DNA from: Bythopirellula sp.
Lineage (GTDB): Bacteria > Planctomycetota > Planctomycetia > Pirellulales > Lacipirellulaceae
Assembly: GCA_965216565.1 (NCBI GenBank)
Contig: OZ244170.1
Span: forward strand, 800,001 to 864,000
DNA length: 64,000 nt
Reading direction: 5' to 3'
Of the stretch, positions 18,381-29,914 are shown in pieces. Within the stretch, counting starts at the first letter, position 1, and every line of letters starts with the position of its first letter. A program made the position numbers and the translations under genes. The notes beneath the pieces were generated by a model that saw only the letters and a list, made by a program, of their open reading frames with translations, had not been told where the DNA came from and made no database searches.

Positions 18381-20124
18381 ATGGAACTGGGTTCAATTCT
18401 CGACGCAATGGTAGGGGCACTCGTAGGAGTGCTTGGCGTTTGGTTGGCGTTGGGGCGGGGGCATTGGTTCCTGCGGTTCCTTGCTGTGGCCCCGCTCTTG
18501 CTTGGACCTGTTTTGATTCCTGCCTATGAAATGGTCTATCACCATTCGATTGGCGTCGCCTTGATCGTATTGGCAATCGCACTTTACCGGCAATGGCGAC
18601 CGTGGCGATGGCGTTACTCTTCGCGGACTATTCTGCTGGCGATGGTAGTGCTTGCCATCTGCGCAGCTGTGTTTGCCAACTCGCCCGAGTTTCACATTAG
18701 TCAGTGGCTAAGTTTTCTGGGTATTGGTATCGCAATTGCGTTTGGCACGTTGTTGTGTCTTTGGACGGTACGGGCAACTGGAAGCCGCTTGCGGAGGATA
18801 ACCATCTTCTTCACCGCTCTTCTCATGATCATCGTTTGTGGATACGCAATTTACGTTCTCCATTATCATCTCTTCTTGAGTCGGAACAGAACCGGTGAAA
18901 CTCTCCAGAGCTTGTGGGATGGTAGGTTCTTCCAGTGGTACTATACTCCTGAGTGGCTGTCGTGGTGGTTTAATTACAATGCGATAACTGCAATTCTCGC
19001 GGCGTTTCTGGTGCTAGTCTTACTCCTTCTAGCTCGAGGCAGCGGTTGGATTTCTCTGCTGGGCGAGTCTGGTAAAGTATTACCCACAAACCGATTCAAT
19101 TTGTTGTATCGTCTTGGCTTCGTGACTCTTTTGTTTTCTTTGGCGATTCTTCCTACCTATGTGTTCTATCGCTTAATGACGCCGGAGCCCTATCCGATTG
19201 CTGACGAAGGCAGTCGAGGAGAATTCGATGAGTTTGTTGCCATTGGTCGGGAACTCAACTCGAAATACGAGGGGCAATTTAGAACATTGCTGACAGCTAG
19301 CCCTGCAGAGGTCACTTTATTACTTGAAGAAATGAGCCCACTTCTGGATCGAGCAGCTCGATTCTCGGAAAAACCTGAGTTAAATTTTGCCCAGTATTCT
19401 TCTCCTCAAAACGAAAGTGGCGAAGACGACCTGACATACAATGTTCTCTGGTGGTTCCTCTATGAACATCTCTGTGCTGAGAGATTCGGCACGATCGAAG
19501 AGAGGATTGAAACGTTAGGCCCGTGTTTAAGATTTGCGCGTCTGCTCAACGAACAAGAGGGAGCTCGACTTGGCTACTACAATACATCGGAAACAATCGC
19601 GGCTCGAAGCATCAATGACATGATGAGTATTCTAGATGAGAGCCAGTGCAGAGTACTTTCGGAGAAGTTGCTCGCCTTCGATCGTCAGCGGTTACCTTTG
19701 GCAGACCGGATACGTTACCAACGGTTGTGGGACTCAAACGCAGGCTGGCAATTTCACTTAAAATTGCTGCTTGCAGATCTACCTGGCGTGGAGCCGTACG
19801 AAGCAGAGATTGCGAACTATTATTCTACGGTTCGCCAACTTAGAACAGTGATTCTACAACTCGTTTTGCAGCGTTATTATTTGGAGCACAATGCTATCCC
19901 GGGAACATTGGCAGAACTAGTCCCCGAGTACCTCTCCACCATACCGGAAGATCCCTTCTGCGAAAAACCACTGCAATATAGACGCCTCTGGAGTGGTTTC
20001 GTGCTCAGCAGTTGTTGTGAAGTTGAGCCCAAAAAGGTGATCTTGGCCACAGGTCCTGCAGGGCCGTATATGTGGGAGCAAATCAAGAAGTATTCCGGAC
20101 ACGCATGGATTTGGTTGAGGGCTG

Positions 20125-20144
<20 letters not shown>
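18381..20144 (+). CDS. Hypothetical multi-pass membrane protein with C-terminal GspG-like (P..L.ELVPEYL..IP.DPF) domain
   Basis: About 7 TM segments; PGTLAELVPEYLSTIPEDPF; 3' end overlaps the convergent aminopeptidase by 20 nt. Confidence 0.7.
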
Positions 20145-21237
<1,093 letters not shown>

Positions 21238-21456
21238 GATTGTCGGTCGGCTCTGCAAGTGAACGAAAATAGCCGCGATCTGACAGATCGCCGGTTTATC
21301 AAGAATCTTTCGAGAAATGATAAAGCGACTCTAGGTACCACACAACGTGAGAAATCCTAGGATGGGGTATAATTGATCTGGTAACTGAACCATCAATCGC
21401 AGAAAACCGACACCAGGAACCAATCACAATTACAAGCCGCAAAAGGCAATGCCAAT

Positions 21457-23391
21457 ATGTCCGATCGAACAACTGACGAATTGAATTCCCCCGAGTCCGC
21501 AGAGCAGGAAGCATCCTTTGCCGAAACCGCGATGAAGCTAGGCGGAAAAAGCGAAGAAGAAGCCCGTCGCACCGGGGCCATCGATAAGGCTGACGACCAG
21601 GTCGAGGCGCTCTTTGCCCCCCAATACCAAACCGTCAGCAGCCCGGCCCATCGTGCCGTGTGGGATCGCGGTGTGCCGGTAGATCTATTTCAAAGCGAGC
21701 CAGTCACCCCTGCACCTGAAATCCAGCAGGTGATGGACGCCTCCGTTGAAATCGTCAATCGGCATCGGCAGGCGGGCTCGCTGCTAAACGACGACGGAAA
21801 GCTTACCGAGGAAGTTCTGCAGGACTTGGCGGGTGCGGGTTATTGGGGGCTACTGGTAGACAAGGAGTATGGTGGATCGGGAACACCGTTCGCCGTGTTT
21901 GCAGAGTTCCTCACTCGCATGGCCACTGCCGACCCCACGGTCGCGGGCCTGGCCTCGGTACACGGGTGTATCGGTGCGGTCGACCCCGTACGAACTTTCG
22001 GCAATGCAGAGCAAAAGCAAAGGTTCCTGCCAGGCCTTGCCGACGGCACTCGACTGAGCGCATTCGCACTTACCGAACCCTGCGCGGGTAGCGACCTCAC
22101 CGCGATGCGTACCACCGCCCGGCTCGAGGGCGATAGCTATATCGTAAATGGCGAGAAGCTATTCATCACCAACGTTGTCCCAGGACGAACGATCGGCTTG
22201 GTTTGTATCATCGACGACAAGCCGGCTGTGCTCGTGGTGGAATTGCCTGACGAGGAGAACGACAATTTTCAATTGCGGAAGTACGGGCTTTGGGCTTTGA
22301 AGCATACTTACAACCGGGGGATTATCTTCAAGGACTTCCGCGTCCCGGCAAGTAACTTGTTGGTGCCCACCAAGGGCGATGGGCTGACGATTGCCTATCA
22401 CGGATTGAACTTGGGACGCGTATCGCTGTGTGCCAATGCGGCAGGCACCATGCGAGCAATGATGGCGAGCATGATCCCCTGGGCAAAATTCCGTGTGACA
22501 TACAGTGAGGCGATTGCCAATCGCGAGTTAGTTCAACGTCGTTTGGGCGAAATGGCTGGGCTGATCACTGCCTGCGATGCACTCGTCGCTTGGTGTGGAG
22601 GACTTATCGACCGTGGTTACCGCGGCGAAATGGAGTGCATCATTGCCAAAATCTTTGGCAGCGAAGCCCAGAAACACGCTGCGATCGAGCTATTCATGAA
22701 AACCCACGGCGGGCGCTCCTTCCTGCACGGACATTTGCTCGGCGACAACGTGCACGAGTATCTCGCGCCGTGCATTTACGAAGGGGAGGGCGAGATGCTG
22801 GGCATGGCGTTCTTCAAGTCGCTGGTGAAAGATCATGGCAAGGCCTACTTCGAGCCAGTGGGCAAAGCCCTGGCTGCCGCGGGGATCAAAAAGCCGAACC
22901 CACTCAACCCAGCCCATGCCTGGGCTCTGAGGGAAGCCGCGCTACCGTACATCAAATGGCGTGCGGCTCGAACGCTGATGCCTACGGCTTCGAGTGAACT
23001 CCCGAAAATGCCCAAAGCACTGGCCCGTCATGCAGAATTCGCTTGCACCAAACTGCAAGAGATGGCACTAGAGATCAGCGGCACCATGTCGAAGTTTCAG
23101 TTGTCGCTTGTCGACCGGCAATGCCGCATGGCCGAGCTTTCGGGTCGTTGCCAAGATTTGATCATCGTGCTGTGCACCAGTTTGTACGGGGCCCGACAGG
23201 ATGACGAGATTGTCCGCGAATCGGCCGACGTTCTTTGCCAGCAGCTAATACAGAAGTATAAAGGCAAACGACCTTCGAACCGTTTCTATCGTCAAATCAC
23301 CACACTCGGTGAGGCGATTGCCGATGGGAAGTTCAAGAGCATCGAAGGCTTAAATCCCGATGAGATTATGATGAAGTATGAGAAGGCGTAG
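21457..23391 (+). CDS. Acyl-CoA dehydrogenase with C-terminal extension
   Basis: AFALTEPCAGSD, VNGEKLFITN, LNLGRV, THGGRSF, IYEGEGE. Confidence 0.92.
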   Translation: MSDRTTDELNSPESAEQEASFAETAMKLGGKSEEEARRTGAIDKADDQVEALFAPQYQTVSSPAHRAVWDRGVPVDLFQSEPVTPAPEIQQVMDASVEIVNRHRQAGSLLNDDGKLTEEVLQDLAGAGYWGLLVDKEYGGSGTPFAVFAEFLTRMATADPTVAGLASVHGCIGAVDPVRTFGNAEQKQRFLPGLADGTRLSAFALTEPCAGSDLTAMRTTARLEGDSYIVNGEKLFITNVVPGRTIGLVCIIDDKPAVLVVELPDEENDNFQLRKYGLWALKHTYNRGIIFKDFRVPASNLLVPTKGDGLTIAYHGLNLGRVSLCANAAGTMRAMMASMIPWAKFRVTYSEAIANRELVQRRLGEMAGLITACDALVAWCGGLIDRGYRGEMECIIAKIFGSEAQKHAAIELFMKTHGGRSFLHGHLLGDNVHEYLAPCIYEGEGEMLGMAFFKSLVKDHGKAYFEPVGKALAAAGIKKPNPLNPAHAWALREAALPYIKWRAARTLMPTASSELPKMPKALARHAEFACTKLQEMALEISGTMSKFQLSLVDRQCRMAELSGRCQDLIIVLCTSLYGARQDDEIVRESADVLCQQLIQKYKGKRPSNRFYRQITTLGEAIADGKFKSIEGLNPDEIMMKYEKA

Positions 23392-23408
23392 TTAGCGGGG
23401 GAAATGCG

Positions 23409-23612
23409 ATGAAAGACTCATTCTGGTCTGGTGGTGCTGAAGCTCACGACAAAGCAATTCGTGAGTACTACCAGGAGCAGATCAAAGAGGTTGAGTTGCG
23501 AATTATTTACTGCGCAGACGAACAAGAGCGTGCGCTACTGCGAGTGAGGCTGGAGAGCATCGAAAAGAAATATCGGGAGAAGCGCCGCGCTAGTGGGCGG
23601 TTTATCTTTTAG
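23409..23612 (+). CDS. Small hypothetical coiled-coil protein
   Basis: 67 aa charged helical ORF with SD-like GGGGG, 17 nt after the preceding stop. Confidence 0.5.
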   Translation: MKDSFWSGGAEAHDKAIREYYQEQIKEVELRIIYCADEQERALLRVRLESIEKKYREKRRASGRFIF

Positions 23613-23661
23613 CAAGATGTCATGGCGATCCGTCGGAACGCGGCTATGTCTTGACGCGCAC

Positions 23662-24870
23662 TTACGTTTTTGCGGGCCAGATGTTGAGCCAACTGCGTGT
23701 TTTCGAGCCGTTGGCTCCCTCCTCGCCCTCTTCGCGGACCTTGCCGCAAATAGCGTCGGAGAGTTGGCAGATAGAATTCGTGATGCCCGCCTTGGGAGCA
23801 TGCTGCAACAGTGGCACACCATTGTTGCGGACTTCGACCATCACTCGATAGTCATTGGGAATCTGCCAGTAGATGTCGCGGCCGATCGTTTCCTGGGCTT
23901 TTTTCAAGCTAATTTGACCGGCGTCCTGGCCGGCACGGTTCACGACAATCTTTACTTTGTTGCGGAGCGATTGATCGTCGTCGAAGCTCATCATCAATCG
24001 CACCACATTTCGCAAGCAGGGCAGATCGAGCTGGGTGATCATTAGCACATCGTCCGCCAGCCGAAACGATTCCATGTCCAATGGCCCGAAGGCCTTGGAG
24101 GTATCCATCACGATATGCGTGAAAGATGTCTTCAAAAGACCCACCACACGGCTCAGGTTTTCTGGGGAAATGAGCTGGGCATCTTCCAATTGCACCGGTC
24201 GTGGCAAGAGGTGGATGCCGGAGGAGTGTTTGGTGAGCGACTTTTTAAGCAGAGTGAGATCGAGCCTCGCAACGTTCTGCGCGACGTCGGCCAATGTGTA
24301 TTCGGGAATCGTGTCTAAAAATACATCGGCGTCGCCCAAAGCTACGTCGAGATCGATCAAAGCAACCGACTGGCCCTCTTCGGCGGCCAGTGCACAAGCC
24401 ATATTCACCGCTACGCTGGAGGTTCCCACGCCTCCCGTGGCACCTGCCAGGGAGATGACTTTACAGCCTTGGTTGGAATTGCCGGAGGCCGCTCCTTGCT
24501 GCTGCTTAACGCGTTGCAGAGCGGTGGCTAGGTCTTCTGGTTTGAGCGGCTCGGTGAGAAACTCCTTCGCACCTGCCCGCATCGATTCCAAGATCAATCG
24601 GCCGTCGGTGGAACTGCTCGTCACCAAGATGGTGCACTTGGGCGCTTGGGCAGCCACTTCGGTGATGAGTCGGGTAGCTTGCTCTGGATCGGAATCCATC
24701 GCAATCAGGCCGATATCGGGCTGCGTTTGCTCGATGACGTCGTTGAAGAACTCGTAGCGCGAGCACTCGGCTTCTAGCCATACCATGTCCAACCCCACGA
24801 GCACCGATTTCAGGTTTTCGCGTGAGGCTTCGTTGGGATCAACGACGGCGATTCGCAATACGTTAGGCAT
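23662..24870 (-). CDS. cpaE: Flp pilus assembly protein CpaE/TadZ (receiver + MinD-like ATPase)
   Basis: Degenerate receiver (MRAGAKEFL), GATGGVGTSSVAVN, ALIDLD; downstream of the secretin. Confidence 0.9.
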   Translation of the reverse strand: MPNVLRIAVVDPNEASRENLKSVLVGLDMVWLEAECSRYEFFNDVIEQTQPDIGLIAMDSDPEQATRLITEVAAQAPKCTILVTSSSTDGRLILESMRAGAKEFLTEPLKPEDLATALQRVKQQQGAASGNSNQGCKVISLAGATGGVGTSSVAVNMACALAAEEGQSVALIDLDVALGDADVFLDTIPEYTLADVAQNVARLDLTLLKKSLTKHSSGIHLLPRPVQLEDAQLISPENLSRVVGLLKTSFTHIVMDTSKAFGPLDMESFRLADDVLMITQLDLPCLRNVVRLMMSFDDDQSLRNKVKIVVNRAGQDAGQISLKKAQETIGRDIYWQIPNDYRVMVEVRNNGVPLLQHAPKAGITNSICQLSDAICGKVREEGEEGANGSKTRSWLNIWPAKT

Positions 24871-24998
24871 TGAAACAATTCTCGAAAATGGGGCGCGAGG
24901 CACACATGGTCGGCTTTTATCTAGTAGTTGTGTGAGACTCTAGACCTGCCATTGCTGCCTCGGGAGAGAGTTCGCCTCCCTGTGCTAACGTACCTTAT

Positions 24999-26801
24999 TT
25001 ATTCCGTGTCGTAGCCAACAGGACCGATTAGTCCGGGTGTCGTGGTTGTAGGACGCGGTTGTTGGTAAGTGGGCCGAAACTGTTGTGCCTGCCGAGCATA
25101 GGCCGCTGGCATTTGGTAGCGAGGCTGATACAAGGGGCCTTTGGCAGCCGGGTCGCCAATGGCACCTGAGTTGATAGCCGGGCCACCGTTTTGCTGTAGC
25201 AAGCCTTGGTAGGCTGGCACAGGCGTTACTTCTTCGCCGGGGTAGTTGTTTATGGCTGGTGCAGACATCGGTGCTGCCTGCGGAGTCATAGGCTGTCCCT
25301 CGTACACCTCGGGGCTGTACGAAGAGGAGCATCCCGAACCATAGCTGGAGTTGCCGCTGGAGCAACTGCCATCGTAGCAACCACCGCGATTGCAGACACG
25401 AGTTTTGCCACAGAAGTTGGCAGGTCCGCAAGGTCCGCAGGATGGGACTTCCAGGTGGCCACCACCATAGAGCTGGCAGTTGGTCGGAGAAACCGTCTCC
25501 ATGCCGGGTCCACAAGGTGGGACTTCGTGGGGTTCCATGCCGTCGGCAAATTCAGGTGTGACGAGAATCAAGAGTTCGATCTCATTGACTTCCTCTTCCA
25601 CGCTGCGGAACGCTGCACCGACGTAGGGCAAATCGCCGAAGAAGGGGAGGCCCCGTTCTTGGGCTTCGATACGAGTTTGAATCAAACCGGCGAGTGCCAG
25701 TGTCTGGCCCGCTTTGAGTTCTACACCTGTATCGACTTCGCGAACTGTTAGAGCAGGCACGGTGAACTCTTGAAGCTGGATACTTCGCGAGTCATCGATC
25801 TCGCTCACGCGTGGTCGAACTTCCAATCGAATGTTGCCGTTGCCGAGCACGATGGGTACGAAGTCGATCTGTGTACCAAACTTCTTGTACTCGACGGTTG
25901 TCTGACCGAGACCCGATGGAATGATGATTGGCAATTCACCACCAACATTAAAATGTGCCGGGCGGCCACTGACGGCGGTTAGAGTTGGATCAGCTAGGAT
26001 CTTGGCTACATTGTTTTGCTGTAGGGCGTTGATGAATCCGAAGAAGGAGTCGCCGCCGTCTACCACTGCGAATCGTGCGGTATCGCCACTAACACTCGCG
26101 GTGACGCCAGATGTGTTGCTGGAAATGGACGACAACAATCCTGAGACACTAGATACAAAGTGACTTCCGTTCCCGGCTTGCTGGATGAAGTCGAAGCCAA
26201 GGCGACGCAATTTCGTCCGCGAGACTTCCATCACCTTTACCTTCAGAATCACCTGCTGGACACCGCCCACGGTGATGTTGTCGACAATCTTCGGAGCATA
26301 GTCCTCTGCGAGACGGACAATGGGGCTAACGTCTTCGGGACGCTCAACGAATCCTTCCAGAACCAGGCTATTGGTCAGTCGTACGACCTTGACCGATGCT
26401 CCAGGGAAGAGCCGCTGCAGGGCATGCTCTAGTTCTTTTACATCGCCATAGATGGTGACGTCTACCGAGTAGACTTCGCCTTCCTCGTCCCACAGATTCA
26501 CTTGCGTGACACCCGGTTTGCGAGCGGCGATCTGCACCTGGTTGGCGCTCAGGGCGTTGACAGACAACAACTCGGGGTTGTTGACCACCATCCGCGGGAT
26601 GCGCTTTTCCAGTGTCAGGATACGGCTGGAGTTGACCGTCAGCTCCAACCGCTCGTTAGATTGGGTGATGTTGCGTATCACGTTGGACTCAGCCGACGCG
26701 ACGCCACCAAGATTGGCAGGCAACAAGAGAATCCCCAACGCCCAGATTGCTGGGACACGGGAAAAAACGGAAAATCGATTCGCGGGATTTATGGCGTACA
26801 T
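24999..26801 (-). CDS. cpaC: Flp pilus secretin CpaC/RcpA with Cys/Pro/Gln-rich C-terminal tail
   Basis: QQVILKVKVMEVSR, AKILADPTLTAVSGRPAHFNVGGELP, GQTLALAGL, LPYVGAAFR, ELLILVTP; start may be 26840. Confidence 0.92.
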   Translation of the reverse strand: MYAINPANRFSVFSRVPAIWALGILLLPANLGGVASAESNVIRNITQSNERLELTVNSSRILTLEKRIPRMVVNNPELLSVNALSANQVQIAARKPGVTQVNLWDEEGEVYSVDVTIYGDVKELEHALQRLFPGASVKVVRLTNSLVLEGFVERPEDVSPIVRLAEDYAPKIVDNITVGGVQQVILKVKVMEVSRTKLRRLGFDFIQQAGNGSHFVSSVSGLLSSISSNTSGVTASVSGDTARFAVVDGGDSFFGFINALQQNNVAKILADPTLTAVSGRPAHFNVGGELPIIIPSGLGQTTVEYKKFGTQIDFVPIVLGNGNIRLEVRPRVSEIDDSRSIQLQEFTVPALTVREVDTGVELKAGQTLALAGLIQTRIEAQERGLPFFGDLPYVGAAFRSVEEEVNEIELLILVTPEFADGMEPHEVPPCGPGMETVSPTNCQLYGGGHLEVPSCGPCGPANFCGKTRVCNRGGCYDGSCSSGNSSYGSGCSSSYSPEVYEGQPMTPQAAPMSAPAINNYPGEEVTPVPAYQGLLQQNGGPAINSGAIGDPAAKGPLYQPRYQMPAAYARQAQQFRPTYQQPRPTTTTPGLIGPVGYDTE

Positions 26802-26930
26802 CCTTGTACTTCCTTCGCGTGGTTGTCTAGCAAGTCGCATTCATCGTGCTGCGGGGCACCATGATCGACTAGCCTCTTTGGTTCGAGACTTCCGTGTCGC
26901 GAACCCCCCTAGTTAGTAAACAAACTCTTT

Positions 26931-27965
26931 CTATTTCGTCCTGAGATCGATGGGGAAGTCTGCCCCATCGGCACCCAGATCTAATTCCTCACTCAAGTCT
27001 TGGGGCGAAGCAACGTTGTCCGAGTTCCCTGAACCCGGTTGCGATGCGTTCACATACTCTTCCAAAGGCTCGCCGGTTCTTTCGTCGAAGCGTACTTCGG
27101 CAACTTCACCGGGATAAATGATCTTCATCGAGAACGCGGGCAACTCGTTCGTGCGATTGTAGTCGTCGCGAACGGCACCACTGATGCCGCCTTCTTCGCC
27201 GAGTGCACTGGTCTCACGCTCTTTTTCACGGCTGTTCGACTCGCTGGAAGCGAAGATGTCTGCCGTGTCGGTTTCGGTATCGTCGACGATGCTGTCGTCG
27301 TCTGGATGCCGAGGAATCAGGCTGATTTCGCCAACATTCTCGGCAGTGGTGATTCGATTGGCTTGCTCGGGGGTGACCACGAGCGAAACTGTCTTGGCAA
27401 CGGTTCGAGCTTCATTGCCTTCGGCATCGCGTTGAACTGCCTGGTCGACAGCATAGACGCGGATGTTTTGCAAGAAGATCTTCGTGAAAGCATGCGGGAT
27501 GTTTTCACGTTCGTTGCGACGGACATAAATCTGCACGTCGACACGATCGCCGGGGCTCAACAAACCGGCGGCACTCTTGCGAGCATCAACCGACACGGTT
27601 TTTAAACGCATCTTAGGTGGAATGCCGGAGATGGGGTCGTGGCGTTGGCCCTTGCCCATCATTTTGCCATCCATGATCGGCTCGCCGGCGAAAATGACTG
27701 TTCGCGGACGACGGTCTTCCAAGTCTTCCCAGGAGGTGATTGCTCCTACTGGTACCTTGCTCTTAGGCCATTCCTGCAGCGAGACCATGCTATCGTCGAT
27801 CGGGTCGTTGAGATTGATATTCTCAAGGGCCACGTAAATCGGCGTAGTTTCTACGACAGCTTGTTTGACGTTCTTGCTGTCTAGAACCTGGCTAATACCA
27901 ATAGACGCGACCAGGCCGCAACCTAAGGCTAGTGCCAATAGAATTAATGATTTGGGACGCATCAT
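26931..27965 (-). CDS. cpaB: Flp pilus assembly protein CpaB/RcpC
   Basis: N-terminal TM, SAF domain, AGLLSPGDRVDV, LQNIRVYAVDQ, TVSLVVTPEQA. Confidence 0.93.
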   Translation of the reverse strand: MMRPKSLILLALALGCGLVASIGISQVLDSKNVKQAVVETTPIYVALENINLNDPIDDSMVSLQEWPKSKVPVGAITSWEDLEDRRPRTVIFAGEPIMDGKMMGKGQRHDPISGIPPKMRLKTVSVDARKSAAGLLSPGDRVDVQIYVRRNERENIPHAFTKIFLQNIRVYAVDQAVQRDAEGNEARTVAKTVSLVVTPEQANRITTAENVGEISLIPRHPDDDSIVDDTETDTADIFASSESNSREKERETSALGEEGGISGAVRDDYNRTNELPAFSMKIIYPGEVAEVRFDERTGEPLEEYVNASQPGSGNSDNVASPQDLSEELDLGADGADFPIDLRTK

Positions 27966-28354
27966 ACCCCCCTAGGCATGAGGTCAGTAGTAAACTGATT
28001 AAAGGCGCTTGCTTGCGGCATCGTGCCGAAGCGCCACGCAAGACCTGACAATTTGTCGAGTCTCTTTGTGCCTCCTGTGCATCCGGGGTAAGTTTGGTTT
28101 GACCTTCGAGAACCAGACTTTCCGGCGGTTTGTTTCGTTATTGATCCCCGCAGGGATCGCTTATTCGCTGCCGTACATTACTTAGCTTGTCAGTGTTATT
28201 CGGCACGAGTGTGTCAGGCGGTCCAGATTATTCGTTCGGAATGATCGGATCGTACCTCAATGGGACTACTCTGCTAGCAACCTCAGGCTGCCGTGCGGCG
28301 CGTGGCGTCGCGGCTAAACACCCTAACTCTCATCTCTTGTCTCTCGACTCTTTT

Positions 28355-28930
28355 CTACAACTGCATTCCGTGCCAAGCGAAGTAGGCAATCGAGCCGATA
28401 GCAATGGGGATACCGTAAGGCAGCAGGAACATTCTGGATTTTCTTTCGGCGGCGATCTCAGCTAGCTTCTCTGGATCTTTCACCGTGGTAATTTCGTTGA
28501 GGATGAACCAGAACTGGTTCTTGTGTTTGTCCCAGGTCTTGGTCCACAGCACCATGCCGAGGGCAATCACTCCACCGACAACAGCCGAGACAGCGAAGGC
28601 AAAGAATGTGACGGTGGGCCACATCCAGGCTCCGACGCCTGCCAGCAACTTCACGTCGCCAGCACCCATGCCGCCGATGGCGTAAGCAGGGAGTAGCAAA
28701 GCCAGGCCAACAACAGTTCCCATCAGGGTGTAGCCGAGGCCTTCCCAACCGGCGTAAGGTGAAAACGCGGCACTGTAGACCCAACCACTGAGGATCATCG
28801 GATACGTGATCCAATTGGGTACCTTCAGTTGCAAGCCATCAATGACCGCTGCCACGATGAGCGTGATTGTCACGAACCAAACGTGCCAGGTCTCGGCAAA
28901 CCAACTCCACATATCGCTGTTTTCAACCAT
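28355..28930 (-). CDS. cpaA: Prepilin peptidase CpaA/TadV (A24)
   Basis: AAVIDG..KVPN, GGMGAGDVKLLAGVGAW, LPYGIPIAIG. Confidence 0.93.
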   Translation of the reverse strand: MVENSDMWSWFAETWHVWFVTITLIVAAVIDGLQLKVPNWITYPMILSGWVYSAAFSPYAGWEGLGYTLMGTVVGLALLLPAYAIGGMGAGDVKLLAGVGAWMWPTVTFFAFAVSAVVGGVIALGMVLWTKTWDKHKNQFWFILNEITTVKDPEKLAEIAAERKSRMFLLPYGIPIAIGSIAYFAWHGMQL

Positions 28931-29004
28931 CGTGCCTATTTCCGTGTTTAGTGTGTTGTTGAGGGACTTGTCAGGCAGCGGCTGGTCTCAGTTGCAGGTA
29001 ACGC

Positions 29005-29115
29005 TTATCCACGGGGCATTAGCAAACAAGTTGCCAGTGCCGCCAGCGTGGCAAAGCCCACCATGGCCAATTCAAAGGCTGCAATGAGGAGCGGCTCTGG
29101 AATTGGCAGAAACAT
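29005..29115 (-). CDS. 36-aa hydrophobic small protein MFLPIPEPLLIAAFELAMVGFATLAALATCLLMPRG (not in ORF track)
   Basis: Translated by hand; AGGT SD-like upstream; single long TM; co-oriented between flp and cpaA. Confidence 0.55.
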   Translation of the reverse strand: MFLPIPEPLLIAAFELAMVGFATLAALATCLLMPRG

Positions 29116-29242
29116 AACTGATTACCTATCGCTGTTGTGTGCGCCGAGGCCGTAAGGGCTTTCGGCTATCGAACCATAGCTTAGAAAACAGGCGTGCAAG
29201 TGTCGGAAAACAGTTTTTCTGATTTAGCGATCCGAAGATCAC

Positions 29243-29349
29243 TAGCCCCCGGCTCTGCCGGGGGATGAAATATCCTCATACTCAGTACGAATCCCCCGGC
29301 AGAGCCGGGGACTACTCAGTACGAATCCCCCGGCAGAGCCGGGGGCTAC
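29243..29349. repeat. REP-type element (TAGCCCCCGGCTCTGCCGGGGG), three copies including a tandem duplication
   Basis: One forward copy (29243) and two inverted copies; TACTCAGTACGAATCCCCCGGCAGAGCCGGGG duplicated. Confidence 0.8.
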
Positions 29350-29350
29350 G

Positions 29351-29386
29351 AAAAAAAACCTCTCGGGACACAAGTGTCCCGAGAGG
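29351..29386 (-). terminator. Intrinsic terminator after flp
   Basis: Minus strand CCTCTCGGGACAC-TT-GTGTCCCGAGAGG followed by T8. Confidence 0.85.
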
Positions 29387-29429
29387 CGTTGTCAACTAAC
29401 AAATCCCGTATAGGGTGTTAACTGATGGC

Positions 29430-29609
29430 TTAACTGCCGCCCAACTGGCCAGCAACACTTGTGAATGTCGCGTTGGCGTTCGTACCTACGGAACGAATGG
29501 CGGTCAGACATACGATCACAATCAACGCCAACATAACAGCGTATTCGACCGCAGTAGGCCCATCTTCCGAGACGAGGAAACGTTGTACCTTCTGTGCAAA
29601 CTTCTTCAT
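29430..29609 (-). CDS. flp: Flp family type IVc pilin, 59 aa (not in ORF track)
   Basis: MKKFAQKVQRFLVSEDGPTAVEYAVMLALIVIVCLTAIRSVGTNANATFTSVAGQLGGS*; SD GGAGG; G|xxxxEY motif. Confidence 0.95.
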   Translation of the reverse strand: MKKFAQKVQRFLVSEDGPTAVEYAVMLALIVIVCLTAIRSVGTNANATFTSVAGQLGGS

Positions 29610-29831
29610 AGCATTCCTCCGATTCTCGGATGTCCACCTCTATGGAGGCGACACCCTATAAGGTTGTCGGGAGATTCACTGAATAGGAATGTCTCCCGGT
29701 TTTCGGCATAGTCACTACACCCTTACCTTACGGGGGGCAGAACCTGCAAATTGCAGCGTCTATACCTAAAAAATTAAACAAGTGATGCGAATCATCTCTT
29801 GAGGGTTGCGTCCGCATCATGCGGAGCGTGT

Positions 29832-29914
29832 ATCCTTTCGGTAGCCTGGCGAACGAGTTGCTCGTCCCATGGCTTTGCGCCCTAGCCTTACGACTAGTTT
29901 GCCCTTTCGAGGAT
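29832..29914 (-). ncRNA. Cyclic di-GMP-I (GEMM) riboswitch upstream of flp
   Basis: Minus strand AUCCUCGAAAGGGCAAACUAGUC-GUAA-GGCUAGGGCGCAAAGCC...GCCAGGCUACCGAAAGGAU: P1 AUCCU/AGGAU, GGCAAAC, GNRA loop, CGCAAAG, UACCGA. Confidence 0.88.

Noticed and set aside
24035..24757. Long antisense/alternative-frame ORFs (e.g. 24035-24757, 39267-40073, 46207-46821)
   Set aside because: Shadows of well-supported genes on the opposite strand in GC-rich DNA, with no recognisable motifs.
29279..29345. Possible mini-CRISPR (32-nt repeat twice)
   Set aside because: Copies are nearly abutting with no spacer and no cas genes; explained as a REP duplication.
29392..29711. ORF-track calls 29392-29637, 29415-29711 and 29461-29661
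   Set aside because: They overlap the real 59-aa flp gene (29430-29609), which has a clear SD and pilin motif.
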